NCBI GenBank assembly: GCA_051362555.1
Contig: CM120640.1
Location: 39,658,788-39,722,787 of the forward strand
Direction of reading: 5' to 3'
DNA: 64,000 nt
Source of the DNA: Lingula anatina
Taxonomy: Eukaryota; Animalia; Brachiopoda
Position 1 is the first letter of the stretch. The number at the start of each line of letters is the position of its first letter. The position numbers were made by a program, and so were the translations under genes. The notes beneath the pieces are model-generated. The model was not told the origin of the DNA. It did not search any database and saw nothing but the letters and a program-made list of their open reading frames with translations. Shown here piece by piece: positions 36,148-47,986 of the stretch.

Positions 36148-39100
36148 GTAATCTCTGTTGTTTTTTTTGGGAGTCATTATCAGATCTGGAAGGGAAAAAG
36201 TCTCAGAGAGAAGGTCACTTTGTGTAAACATTATATACAGAACACCTGACATGGTTTTAACAAGTCGAAGTGAGAGCCTATGTCCAGATCTTCTCCGCTT
36301 GAGATCAAACGTTTCCAGGGATATATATTTCATTTGATTATATTTTGAAGTTTATGTGAAATGGCATTTGGGAAAGTGTGAGATACTTCTTAGTTTTAGC
36401 TTAAATGTTATCTTTTATGTCATTTTTGATAAAGACTATTGCCGCTTAGTTCCCTGAAGGAAATCATACAATGCTATTGAAATGCATTTATTTTCATTTT
36501 TTATGTATGTCATGTTTGCGTGCCTGCTCTGTCATAAATGTGTTAGATATTTATATATTAATTGATTATTGCCTGTGAAACAAGATCAAAAATCTAATTA
36601 ATTCTCAAATAAGCAGGTTTTCTCGTGTGTTTTAATGCAAGTGGTGCTGGAAGTTTTTTTTTTTCTTTTTTGCAATGTGGCAGAATGTAGGTAACTGAAG
36701 ACAACGTTTCGACCTGTGATAACTTTTTTATGAATTTAAAGATATAATTATCAGAATTTTATTACGAGCTATAGTGAATATTATCAGATGTCTTATTAGT
36801 GTTGTTCTCAGGAAAAATTGAAAAAAAAAATTAATTCTCCACACAAGACATGAATTGCAAATATGAACTTTCATTTTGTTCATATAAAAACAATTACAAT
36901 TTGGTTCTGTATACCAGCAAGGTCACCAAGAAGATAAATATTTAATTCTTTGGGCTTCATTTATTTATTCTAAATCTTCCCACAGGGATGTGACATTTTT
37001 CAACATTTCACTATCTTTGGAATTCACTGCCCACCTGCCTCAGGGCAGGGAGAGTAGAACTGGCTAATGAGTTCACAGATACACAATACAAGGCAAGTTT
37101 TAAGAGTTACGCCCACAATATACCACTGGATATTTAGTATGGTTAGATATAAATTATTGTTTATATAATTGAAGTAACACTGATTATTTTATGTGCTGTC
37201 TGAATTATTTAATTATGCCATAGTATACTTTTGACTTTGAAATGAGTCACACGGATATCTGACTCTGATTATTATTATTATTATTATTATTAGGTTTTAA
37301 AAAACAATATTTATATCCATTTCTGTCTTTTTGATGTCAAAGATCTTGTATTCTTGTGGATGATGAAGTGAATGTTCACAGCACTAGGCAAGAATCGTTA
37401 GTTTTACAATTTACTGATTGACCCAGCTGAAAAGTTATCAATATAAAGAGCAAGGAAGGATAATACTGTGGAGATTGTAGGGATTATATTAAGGTCTTGT
37501 TGGTTTTAACAGTTGCCAGTCGCTATGTTTTCATCCATGCTGAAGTGCTTGTCAGAAAGTATTGGAATGCATGGTGTTTGAGCAAAAAAGAACCCAAGAA
37601 CTTAAAATAGGAAGACATTTTGTCTCAGTTAACATTTTCCTTCAATAATAAGCTTGAAGTTCCTTTAAAAATTGATGTCTTAATAGCAGATAGGTACTTT
37701 TTGAAATATGAAGGTGGATGAGTTCGAAATGCACAACAAAGATCTACACTCTTGGGGAAAATCTTCACCAAATGTCTTGTACCTAAATGTCAATTTTCTT
37801 GGTAATTATGCTTTGAAATACTGCTGAGGTTTATTATTTTTATCAAATTCTGCTGCTCTGATGTATGGTTTTCAGCCTAATCTGTGAAATTCGGAATCAG
37901 ACAGTTGATATCTCAGAGGATTGCAGGATTGCAGAAGGCTACATAATCAATACCAATAGAATACTTTATTTGGTGTAAGTAGAGACTGGTGTTAAGGGAA
38001 TGTAGTTTTCCAAAAGTCAAGGCCTGAAAAATCAAATGTCTTTACGATTTTAAAGTCATTGTATCAGTCTTTCTGAAAGAAGGGGAGAAATAAGTTGAAA
38101 GGTTTCAGCCATTTTTAGAAATTTGCCCCACTGGGAAACTTGAAAAATAATCACCAAAAGTTTGTTTTTGATTTTACCAGTAGTGAAGGTGATCTTATAA
38201 TTAAAACAAGATTTAGCTTGGACATTTGCCTTGACCCTCTCTAATATATTTTAGGAATTTTATTATATTAAAAAAAACACAATATGTGTGTGCGTGTGTG
38301 TGTACAAAAAGGGGAGACTCGCTTTCAGTTTGCTAGCATGCAGAGAACTGAACTTTTCTAAAAGCAGCAGTTATTCCTTCAAAATTCTTGATATAAGTTA
38401 GTGTTTTAAACTGGTGAATGGTTTTGATATAAGGCCTCTGTATTCCTGCCTAATCTGTTTATAATTTTAAAAAAGAGAGAAGGAAATAAAAGGAGTTAAG
38501 AAAGAAAAAGGCCAAGGTTTTGTATTGAGTGGGCTTTCAATTGATAAAAATGAATATTTTTAACCACTAGATACAAAAAACTGTATTTGTATACTTTTTA
38601 CATTCAATCTGATCCCCAGTATGTGGTAAGAATTTCATAAACTAGTGGAAACATTGAAGAATTTTGTATGTATGATAACCTGTCAAATTAAAAAGAGTTA
38701 CTGGAGTGAAAGGAATTGTGCACAAATTTTGTTGCATGAAGACGTCAAAGTACAAGAGAGAGATGGGAAATTGTATATAGTTTGGCAGATTTAATTTGGA
38801 TCAGATTTTTCTATTGTAGCTATTTGATCTTTAAAAAAATTAATTCAGCTCTTTTCACAACATCTTACTCTCATTTTGTTGACTTAAATTCAATATCTTT
38901 TGCTTGTCTACTTTTAGTGACAGTATTAAATGTAATGCATTTATTTCCATTTGGCAATATTTTGTATGGATTTAGGAGTTCCCGTGGTGTACTTTATGTT
39001 AAAAAGGATTAAAAATGTATTGTCATTCTTGAGACAGGGTATCATTTTTTCACTGCTCGAGTAACTCTGAAAACAAGGTGCAAAATAACCTGTCTAGTGT

Positions 39101-41603
39101 GAAAAATAATCTGTGATCTTGATTGAAACACTGTGATTTTAAAGTTGATAGAAAAGCCTAGGTTTTGGCTTGTTTGGTTTTTGTGATACAGTGTGGATTT
39201 TTGTGTTTATTGAAAATTAATTCAGCTGTATAACATTGTTCGAGTTCAAATAAGTATGGAGTCGAGAGTATCTTTATGTGGAATAGTCCCTAATCAGTGG
39301 CATGGAGGAGACATCTTTTCCTAACCCCTAGTAGCCCAACCAGCAATACTTGAAATGGCTCTTTTGCTCAAGCCCAAACCGTTAGGGTTTGACTTAAAAG
39401 CCAGTGTTCACTTTGTCAATACCTCGAGCATTAAAAGCTATTGGGGTTCAGTTAAAATACAATAATCATTCCACAGCTTTTCTTATTGATTATCATTTCA
39501 TCCATGCACTGTAGAAAAGTGGTTTGTCAGGTATCAGGAGACTGCCTTGGACAGGACTGACTCGAGGGGAATTAATTAAATTCTGACCTTGAGGGAAAGT
39601 GATTAAAAATGACTATAATTTTATCCCCACTATTGCACTGCTTTTGGGGTATCTTGTTTTCCAGAGTTGACTATGACTGTTGTATTTTTTTGAAAAAATC
39701 AGCAATATGAATTTTTTTTCTTATTGTGTGACTTTCAAAGGTGGTTAAGTTGAGTTGGTATTAAGCAATGGCTGTGGAAGTTTACTGCTTGCTTCAGAGG
39801 TTTTATATCCTTGGGGCAATTACTGCTTTTCAAATGCAGAACATTGTTATCTCATTTTTTTGTTGTATCAATGTGATATTGGTTATTAAAAAAATGGTCC
39901 TATGATAACCTTAAAGATTATACAATGTAAAGAAATATGTGTAATTCTCAGGATTAAAGGTAAATGAAACAAGTTTTTGTATCAAAATAAATAAACTTAA
40001 AATACCTTCAAAAACTCCATGATAAATACATTAAAACTGCATTAATTATAAAAAGAAACATTGAAGTATGAGATCCTATATAGTATGGAGGGGGGTGTCA
40101 CACTGCTGGCAATCAATTACGGCACATTCTGGCAGAACGGGATAAGAATAATGATCTAGAAAACACATTTGGATACACTGTAATGAATGAATAAATGATG
40201 TGAAGTAGGGCATTAAGGGAACATTATTAAAAAATGGTATGAAAAGTCATGTTGCACTTCCTTCATTACAAGATGAGACTCCTTTGGATACTAGAACTGC
40301 TACGAATACACATTTGTTGCATCATACAGGATGTATGGTCTGTCAAAGATCATGTGGTGTAATACTACTCTTAATGAATAAATAGATTGTTCATGTATGT
40401 TTTCATATGTGTGTTTGTGCATGGAAATGTAATGATGACTACAACTGAAAGAAACAAAACTAGTATTCTCTCTCCTCTGTGCACGTATATTTTAATAGAC
40501 CAAGCAATGGATTATCCGATATCTTAGCACCTGCATCATCAGTCCAAATAGGAATGATTATGCAATGTTTTAAGTATTTTCTGTGTATTTATTACAATAT
40601 CTTAAACCAATAGGTCTAGTTATCTGCTCTTAGCAGGTGAATGTTCCTGAATTATGGAACCTTCAGAGACAAGAAACGGATTTAGTGAAAGGGAGGAGGG
40701 ACCTTTTTCATGTCCCACTGACAATGTGGCTGAAGAACAATGATGATAGATAAGTGATTTTTGTGCCGCAGAGAGTTATTAACTGACTATTGCTGAATTA
40801 TTTGATTAGTTGAAGGTTGGGATGATTAATGTGCCTTATTTGCTTAATGGTCCCTTAATATTTGTGCTCAAACAGTAACATTGCTTGTTGATGGTGCTGT
40901 ATCGCAAAATGTATGAGTTGTTTGAAGATGATGGAAGTATTACTGCTGTCAAAAGTGGTTTGAGAGAAGGAGGGAGAGCAAGAGTAAAAATGACACTGGA
41001 TCGATTACTGGCCAGGCTTGCTTCATTGATTGCTTTCTTTCACAATTAGGCACACAAGTCAGTTTTGCCTCAGTGGACCGAATTAAACATTTGCCTCAAA
41101 GAAAGTATGAGATTTAAGTAAAAAATGTCTAGAATATATCAACATGTATCACAAGCATTTAGTTTATATTCTTAAACCTGATTACTATAGACAGTGTTGT
41201 ATATACATGAGCAAATGTTTGTAAATACACTTATCCTTATGTTACATCTTCTGTCACAACATTCAAACATGATGTTATGACATAGTTGTATTGGCAAATA
41301 TAAGTCTTTGATCTTATTCTGCGTGAGTGAAATTAGCAATGATAATATTATGGTGTTTTGACATTTGAGTAAAGTGATTATGGCTGACTGCCTACACTGC
41401 ACTCTTACTTGAGAAAAAACACATTTTTCTGTGTGTAAGGCAGAAGTCTGGCATGATCCTGTATACTAGGTGAAAACCAAGATTCCACCAAATTAGCATG
41501 TAAGTAAAACCTGGAATGATTCTATAGATCTATATATTCTGTTGAAGTACCACTTCATGCTTTGTCTGCCCTGTAAATGAAAAGATCAACATCTTGTTTT
41601 CCA

Positions 41604-41607
<4 letters not shown>

Positions 41608-41686
<79 letters not shown>
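41608..41686. repeat. (TA)n microsatellite
   Basis: Direct reading. Confidence 0.95.
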
Positions 41687-41689
<3 letters not shown>

Positions 41690-44533
41690 GTCAGTGTCCT
41701 CTCCAGTGCTATATTCCAGGAACTATGATGTTGTCAGGCCTGATTGCTAAATCTTGGTTCCAAGTTATGTTTTTCCAGTAATTCTCCTATCATCAGGCAC
41801 TATTATTCAAAGGGATTACTTCCCCACGCAGGTTAATTAAAGCAGGTTGTGAATGGATCTTAATGATGTTATAGTAATTAGAGGGTCTCCATATCAACAG
41901 TTGTCCTGTTGCAAACAACTACGTTCCTTTGCATTTTCAAATTGGAAAATACATTTGTTAAGTAAAATTCAGGTATCCTGTGCCTGCTTGAAAATGTCTT
42001 ATAGTCATACTTTTATCTTACATTTTTTGCCTTATATTTTTCTCAATTCAGATTAGTATAATGATAAAACCTCTTTAATAAAAGTTTATCTGAGGCATAC
42101 CTGATGTCGATAATTTTTTCTGAGCCTAAGAACCTCACAAGATATATGCCTAGGCATCTAGCAATTTTATGGGAGAGATGAAATCTACATGATACGAGAC
42201 TAGGAAACATAACTTCGACCATTTTCTTGTTACGTCGTGAAATAAAGGTCATTTTTAATAATGTATATTATTTGTCTTGAAAAAATGATGGCCAGATGGG
42301 AAGGCGGTTGTGTTCTAAGTGTGTCATGAAATATTTGGAACTAATTTTTTTGATTAAGAATAGTGAAAATTTAAAATCCAAGTGCTGGCAGGGGTCTAGC
42401 AATGATTCACGAGAAGGAAAAAAATGCTCTTTTTGTAAGGAAATTTCGATTTTGCATGAAAATTCTGCATGTGATACCTTTAATAACTGCTGAAAGATAG
42501 AACATTGAAATATTAATCCATTTATTATTAAATCCATTGCACATTTCTCAGAAGAGCAAAAGATGACAGTAATAACCAGGATCAAGGTAGCTGGAAGTTA
42601 GCTTAATTTTATAGGCCATGATGACGCGTTAAGCCATTGTAATTTTTGTACTGACGTCATGTGTAGCTCTGTTTACAAAAAGATGTTACATAAAAGCTTG
42701 TGCCTGATTCAGCAAAGAACAAGGACTGTTCTGTTTTCTCAGCTAAAATGGTTAGTATGTTATAGTTTTTAAAATTATATTTGCTAGATATTTCTTTTAA
42801 AAAAATTACTATGTGGCTGATAGTATTAAAAAAAAAAGGTTGTATAGAGAAAATAAGTACATGGTAAAGATAAAACAGTGTTATGGCAAGGTTCTAACTG
42901 CTCACTATCAGAGAAACATGTTAAACACAAGGATGCATTGGTTAGTGCATTTTCCTGTCGGGTTTTATACAAGATGTAATTTGATTACCAATCAAACAAT
43001 GTTGCTTTAAAGAGTTCATGAGTAACTCAACTGATATAGAATTGACCCAAAATAATCACACAACTACGAGCGGAACATATTGAATCTTTGGTTGATTACC
43101 TTTGAAGCGATGGCCTGATGAACAGTAACGGTAAAGTTGAACCAGCGTAGATCATGTTGTCACTTTTTTGTTTGGCATGTTACTGATTTACATTGGTTTG
43201 TCATAACATTCAAGCAGCTCTTGATGTCAGATTTGCCTATCAGGAGATATGGACAGATAAAATGGAAAGGTAAATTCTTTCAAAGACAGGAGCTTTTAAG
43301 AGAGCCTGGGTTTGTACTAAGCTAACACCCTCAAGGAAAAGTGCACTTTTGCCAATATGGGGTTTTCTCTAAAACTCTGGTAAAGGGCAGTGATTTTTTT
43401 CCTGCTTTGATTTTTTTTCGTAGTCACTCTCGAGCATAGTGAGGGATTTTTTTTTTATCTGTGTGGTGTGTTTTTGTTGATGTTGCTGGAAATTTCAAAG
43501 TATACATATATCTCATTTTGTCTTTCATAAATTGAGATTTGATTTTGTTAGAGTCTTTGCCAAGTACTGACGTAAATTCTGAAGGTTTTATATCATTATT
43601 ACTATTATTATTACATTCTATGTATAAGATGCCAAGACTGACGTTTAACACATGCAATAGAGTGACTGTAAGTGATCCAGAAATCATTGGTGAAATTCTC
43701 TTATTGCACTGTAAGACTAAGAAAAAAGGGAAAAATGAGCAAGCATATCTAGATATATGCACATTAATGATCAGCTGTAGTGTGTGTTATGATTGTGACA
43801 GGTTTTTAAATTTAAAATTCTAGTTTTGTTTTGGTAGCTATTCTCTAGCTGCCTCTTGTCAATATCTTTCTTGTGTGTTCATGGTTTAGGCAGTTTGGGT
43901 TACACAGCTTTACTTTTGCAGCATTATGTATCAAGATGTATATTGATTTACCTGCATTAGGATAATTTCTTATTGCAAACCAGCATTGTGCTGAGATGGT
44001 GTAGGAATATAAGAAGTTGGCTGGTCACTTGTTGCTTAATGAGCTTGTTTCAGGAAATGGAAATGGGTTAGAATTTTGAGAAAGACAAATGTATGACTTT
44101 ATATTCAAGGGAAAAGTAAGAGAGCATTAATTGTTTAACAGGAAATACAATAGAAGTATTGTTTACTAGTGCAGAGAGTTGTCTTAATAAAAGAAAAGAT
44201 TATTAAGATAATTTGATGACGCAGATTGAAAACTGTAAGCAACAAATATTATAGTCCATACATAGAGCAGAATGGTTTGTTAAAGATCATCATAATCCTC
44301 TTGGAAATAGAGGGTAAAATATGATTTAAGGTTAATGTGAGTGCAGCTGAACATGGTATTGAAAGTGTTTACAGTGCAGATCCATTCTTGCTTTATTTTA
44401 TCTATCAAAGCAGACTAGACAGTCGGGAGTTCTCAGTCCATGTCAATTCCCTCGGCACATAGAGAAGGATTTAAAAAAATGCTCTGTGCTTGTGTGTTTA
44501 AAGGTGCATGTATTTTCCATGTTTATGTTGCAG

Positions 44534-44626
44534 CCAGAAGATGATCCTCATTGGAGGAGAAGCAGCCAGGGAGCATTTAAGAAGCAGTCGTCTGCACCAA
44601 AGATGCCACATAGCCAGTCACATGAG
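44534..44626 (+). CDS. RGS12: RGS12 exon (31 aa, PEDDPHWRRSSQGAFKKQSSAPKMPHSQSHE)
   Basis: TTGCAG| acceptor, GAG|GTAAGG donor, 93 nt, phase 0-0; reads on into SLAISD. Confidence 0.78.
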
Positions 44627-44770
44627 GTAAGGGAAGTAAAATTGGAAGTGATCGGGTGTAAAGGGGAGGAGGGGGCAGCCTGTTACTGGGTGGGTTTAAT
44701 GGGAAGAGATTGGGTGGAAAGGAGAGGTGGAGAAGCCAGCCATGAGATAAATAGAATTGGAAGAGCCCAT

Positions 44771-45044
44771 TCAGAACAAGTTGATTCGCGGACAAACAGA
44801 ACCATGGACTAAATATGGCCGATCCACTTAAAAGCGATGCTGCTAATTCCCTGTTGGTCTCCCTGCCTTAACACATGCCTTCTCTGCAGGGATCTAACAA
44901 TCAAAACTCGAAGTTGAGATTTAATCCGTTTAATGGCGCATGTGAAGGCAGGGAGACCATCAGGGGGTTAGGGCAGCTTGCTTTTTAGTGGGGTCTGTCA
45001 CATTTATTCGGCAGATTAGTTAGTTCATGGATCAGCTGTTCTGA
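44771..45044 (+). repeat. Long degenerate inverted repeat / rod-like hairpin (~274 nt)
   Basis: Core CCCTGTTGGTCTCCCTGCCTT pairs with AAGGCAGGGAGACCATCAGGG. Pairing extends out to TCAGAAC/GTTCTGA and in to AACT-CGA-AGTT. Confidence 0.75.
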
Positions 45045-45264
45045 TTGCATTCAAAGATTGGGGGAGGGGGTTCCGGGGAAATTGGGGGGGGGGGGGGGGG
45101 GAGAATCAGTCCTAGGTCACGGGTATTGACCTGTCAGTGAGACACAGGCCAGTACAGGTTGATTACTGCCCAAGTATAGACAAGGCCTAAAGACCACGGT
45201 CCAGCTAAAAGTGGTCAATGTCCTGACGTATGGTATTGGGATAAGATCACATTTCAGTTGAAAG

Positions 45265-45502
45265 CACCCTGAGCTTCAGAGCTAACTTGACACTAACCTT
45301 TTCACTGTAGCCTATCTCCATCGTGTCAAGTAACCTCTGACCAATCAGCGTTTTCACCAAACTTTGGTGAAAAATTTTGAAACATGGATTCGATTGGCTT
45401 ATATAAAATAGGTCAAACTATTTTCGTCAGAGGTTACTTGACACGATGGAGATAGGCTACAGTGAAAAGGTTAGTGTCAAGTTAGCTCTGAAGCTCAGGG
45501 TG
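45265..45502. mobile_element. 238-bp MITE with perfect 77-bp TIRs and 8-bp TSD
   Basis: GTTGAAAG|CACCCTGAGCTTCAGAG ... CTCTGAAGCTCAGGGTG|GTTGAAAG. Superfamily unresolved (8-bp TSD fits hAT, P or Zisupton). Confidence 0.92.
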
Positions 45503-45667
45503 GTTGAAAGTGACCTCTGACCTGAAATATTATCCTGGATACAGGTCATGGTGTTGGATAAAGTCGCACTTCATCTCATATTGACATCTGTCCTGAAAAA
45601 AAAATCCTTGGGTATGATGGCAGGTGCAGGTCACATTTCATCTGAGACTGAAGGACACATGCCAGCC

Positions 45668-46262
45668 CAGATATATGATCTTGGATATGGTTGGACTGAC
45701 CATTGTCCTGAGATAAGATACTGGATATTGCCGAGTCTGACCACTGTCCTCAGATAGGATACTGGATGTTGATGAGGTGAACCATTGTCCTGAGGTAGGA
45801 TACTGGATATTGCTCAGTCCGACCACTGTCCTCAGATAGGATGCTGGATATTGCTGAGGCTGACCATTGTCCTGGGAAATAATACTTTAAGACTTTTGTC
45901 ATGAGATAGGATATTGGATAGTGCTGGACTGATTACTGTTCTGAGATAGGATACTGGATATCGCTGGACTGGCCACTGTCCTGAGAGAGGATATTAGATA
46001 TCGCTGGAATGACTATTATCCTGAGATAGGATATAGGTCTATTTGATATTTCTGAGGCTTACCATTGTCTTGAGATAGGATACTGGATATTGCTGGACTG
46101 ACTATTATCCTTAGATAGGATTATGGATATTGCTCAACTGATCATTGCCCTGAGATAGGAAACAGGGTAATGCTGGACTGACCACTGCCCTGAGATAGGA
46201 TTCAGGTCTACAGGATATTGCTGGAAGTCCTGACCATTATCCTGAGATAGGATACTGGATAC
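45668..46262. repeat. Degenerate 40-bp minisatellite, ~14 units
   Basis: Consensus GAGATAGGATACTGGATATTGCTGGACTGACCATTGTCCT repeated head-to-tail with substitutions and small insertions. Confidence 0.9.
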
Positions 46263-47241
46263 TAGGCTTGGCTCAGCTTAAACTTAAATTAGATGAAGGT
46301 CTGTATAAAGACAACTTTGCAGAACTGGTCTGAAAGCATCTTGCAAGCTGTAGACTGATAATACCTTACTGGGCTTAGTATGGAAGGAACATTGCCAAGA
46401 CAGCCACAGTTTTATTTTAAGGGAGTAGTTGGGAAAAATGAGACAAACTATCTTTAAGATTCTCTATGAAACACAATTTAGTTGGTTAAAATTCTGATTT
46501 TAGATGCAAGATACTTTTGTGAAATAGGTCCCAAGACACAGCCTACCACAGTTTGACCAGTGTCCAGAGATTAAGTCAGAAGGGCTATTGCAGCACAGTG
46601 CCCAATGGTCAGTGCCCAGTGGTCAGCCAAGTAATGGTATTTAGATCATTAATTTGATTGTCTGTCTAATGGGCTATTCATCCTCTCAATGCTCTACCAC
46701 CAAGCCCCAAAGACTGGAGAGGCCCTTCTTTTCAAGAGTGATTACTTTGAACTGAATTGATTGACTTCTAATGTGAAACTCTGTAATGCAGGCTGAATCT
46801 CAATAGATCTGAAAACTATCTCATCGATTTCTCTCTCCAAGACATAATGATACTTTAAGTCCCGGATATCATTGAAAGTAGTCTAGAATCAGCAGAACTC
46901 AGACAGTAGGAGAAGGTAAGGCTGGTTTATACTCTGTACAGTTATTTACTCCAATTAAAAAGGTATTCTTTTAACTGCTGCAGGTGTAGGACAAACATTT
47001 TTTACTTGTAGGGTAAGAGCTTGATGTGGCCTGTTTGTCCAAAGCCTAGATCATGGATGTCACATTGAAATGTTGCAATGTTTGATATTGCAATAAAGGT
47101 CATTAATGTTGTTGTTATTAGAGGAAATAGCTGAATATAATTGCCTGCATGTTTTATGGCTGGCTCCTTTTTCCTTTTTTGATTAGGGACAAATCACTTG
47201 TTTGTGTATCCAATCATGTTTGTTTCAATCAGAAGTATATT

Positions 47242-47986
47242 CAGGGATGAGATTTTTCCGAATATCGATGGAATTCCGACTTTTTGGAAGCCAAAAGTGT
47301 CATTGGCCTGAACGGCCCCCTTTACCCCACACAATATTTTCTGACTTTTGCTCTAAATGGCACCCTGAGCTTCAGAGATAACTTGACACTAACCTCTTCA
47401 CTATAGCCTATCTTCATCGTGTCAATTTACCTCTGACCACATTCGATTGCCCCCGCCGCCCGCAAATCAAATTTAAAGCCCGCACTCAATGACTCATTGA
47501 ACGATCTAGCCAATGAACGCGAACGAGTCAAAGCGCGCTTTGTTCAAATCCGGACCAATCAAAGATAAGGCTGAATATCAGGGACTTGCCGTAACCTGTG
47601 GGCAGCACGCAAAATACATCATCCCTCAGTAGATAATGATGCAGGGCATCAAACTGCTCTGGTTTCAATTCCGATATACTCCATGCTTTCTTTGTGTACG
47701 GTTATGCACTCGGAACTCCTCGGATGTCTCCGCACACGACAATAACTATGTTGTTAGTATGGAGCTTGCGGAATCAGCAGAGGATTGCCGATTGATGGTC
47801 AACCAATCAGCGTTTTCACCAAACTTTGGTGAAAAATTTTGAAACATGGATTCGATTGGCTTATATAAACTAGGTCAAACTATTTTCGTCAGAGGTAACT
47901 TGACACGATGAAGATAGGCTATTGTGAAGAGGTTAGTGTCAAGTTATCTCTGAAGCTCAGGGTGCTAAATGGTAGCCTCATCCCTG
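47242..47986. mobile_element. Short CAGGG-terminated MITE with 5-bp TSD, split by a 604-bp insertion
   Basis: ATATT|CAGGGATGAG ... CTCATCCCTG|ATATT. Confidence 0.8.
47361..47964. mobile_element. 604-bp non-autonomous DNA transposon, longer relative of 45265-45502
   Basis: CTAAATGG|CACCCTGAGC ... GCTCAGGGTG|CTAAATGG. 77-bp TIRs with 2 mismatches, CpG-rich interior, right interior shared with the 238-bp copy. Confidence 0.92.

Noticed and set aside
39035-39640. CAGGGTATCATTTTTTCACTGCTCGAG as the left end of another CAGGG MITE
   Set aside because: No matching right terminus or TSD could be found.
45668-46262. CRISPR-like array
   Set aside because: Contiguous degenerate units without unique spacers, in a eukaryotic intron, with no cas genes.
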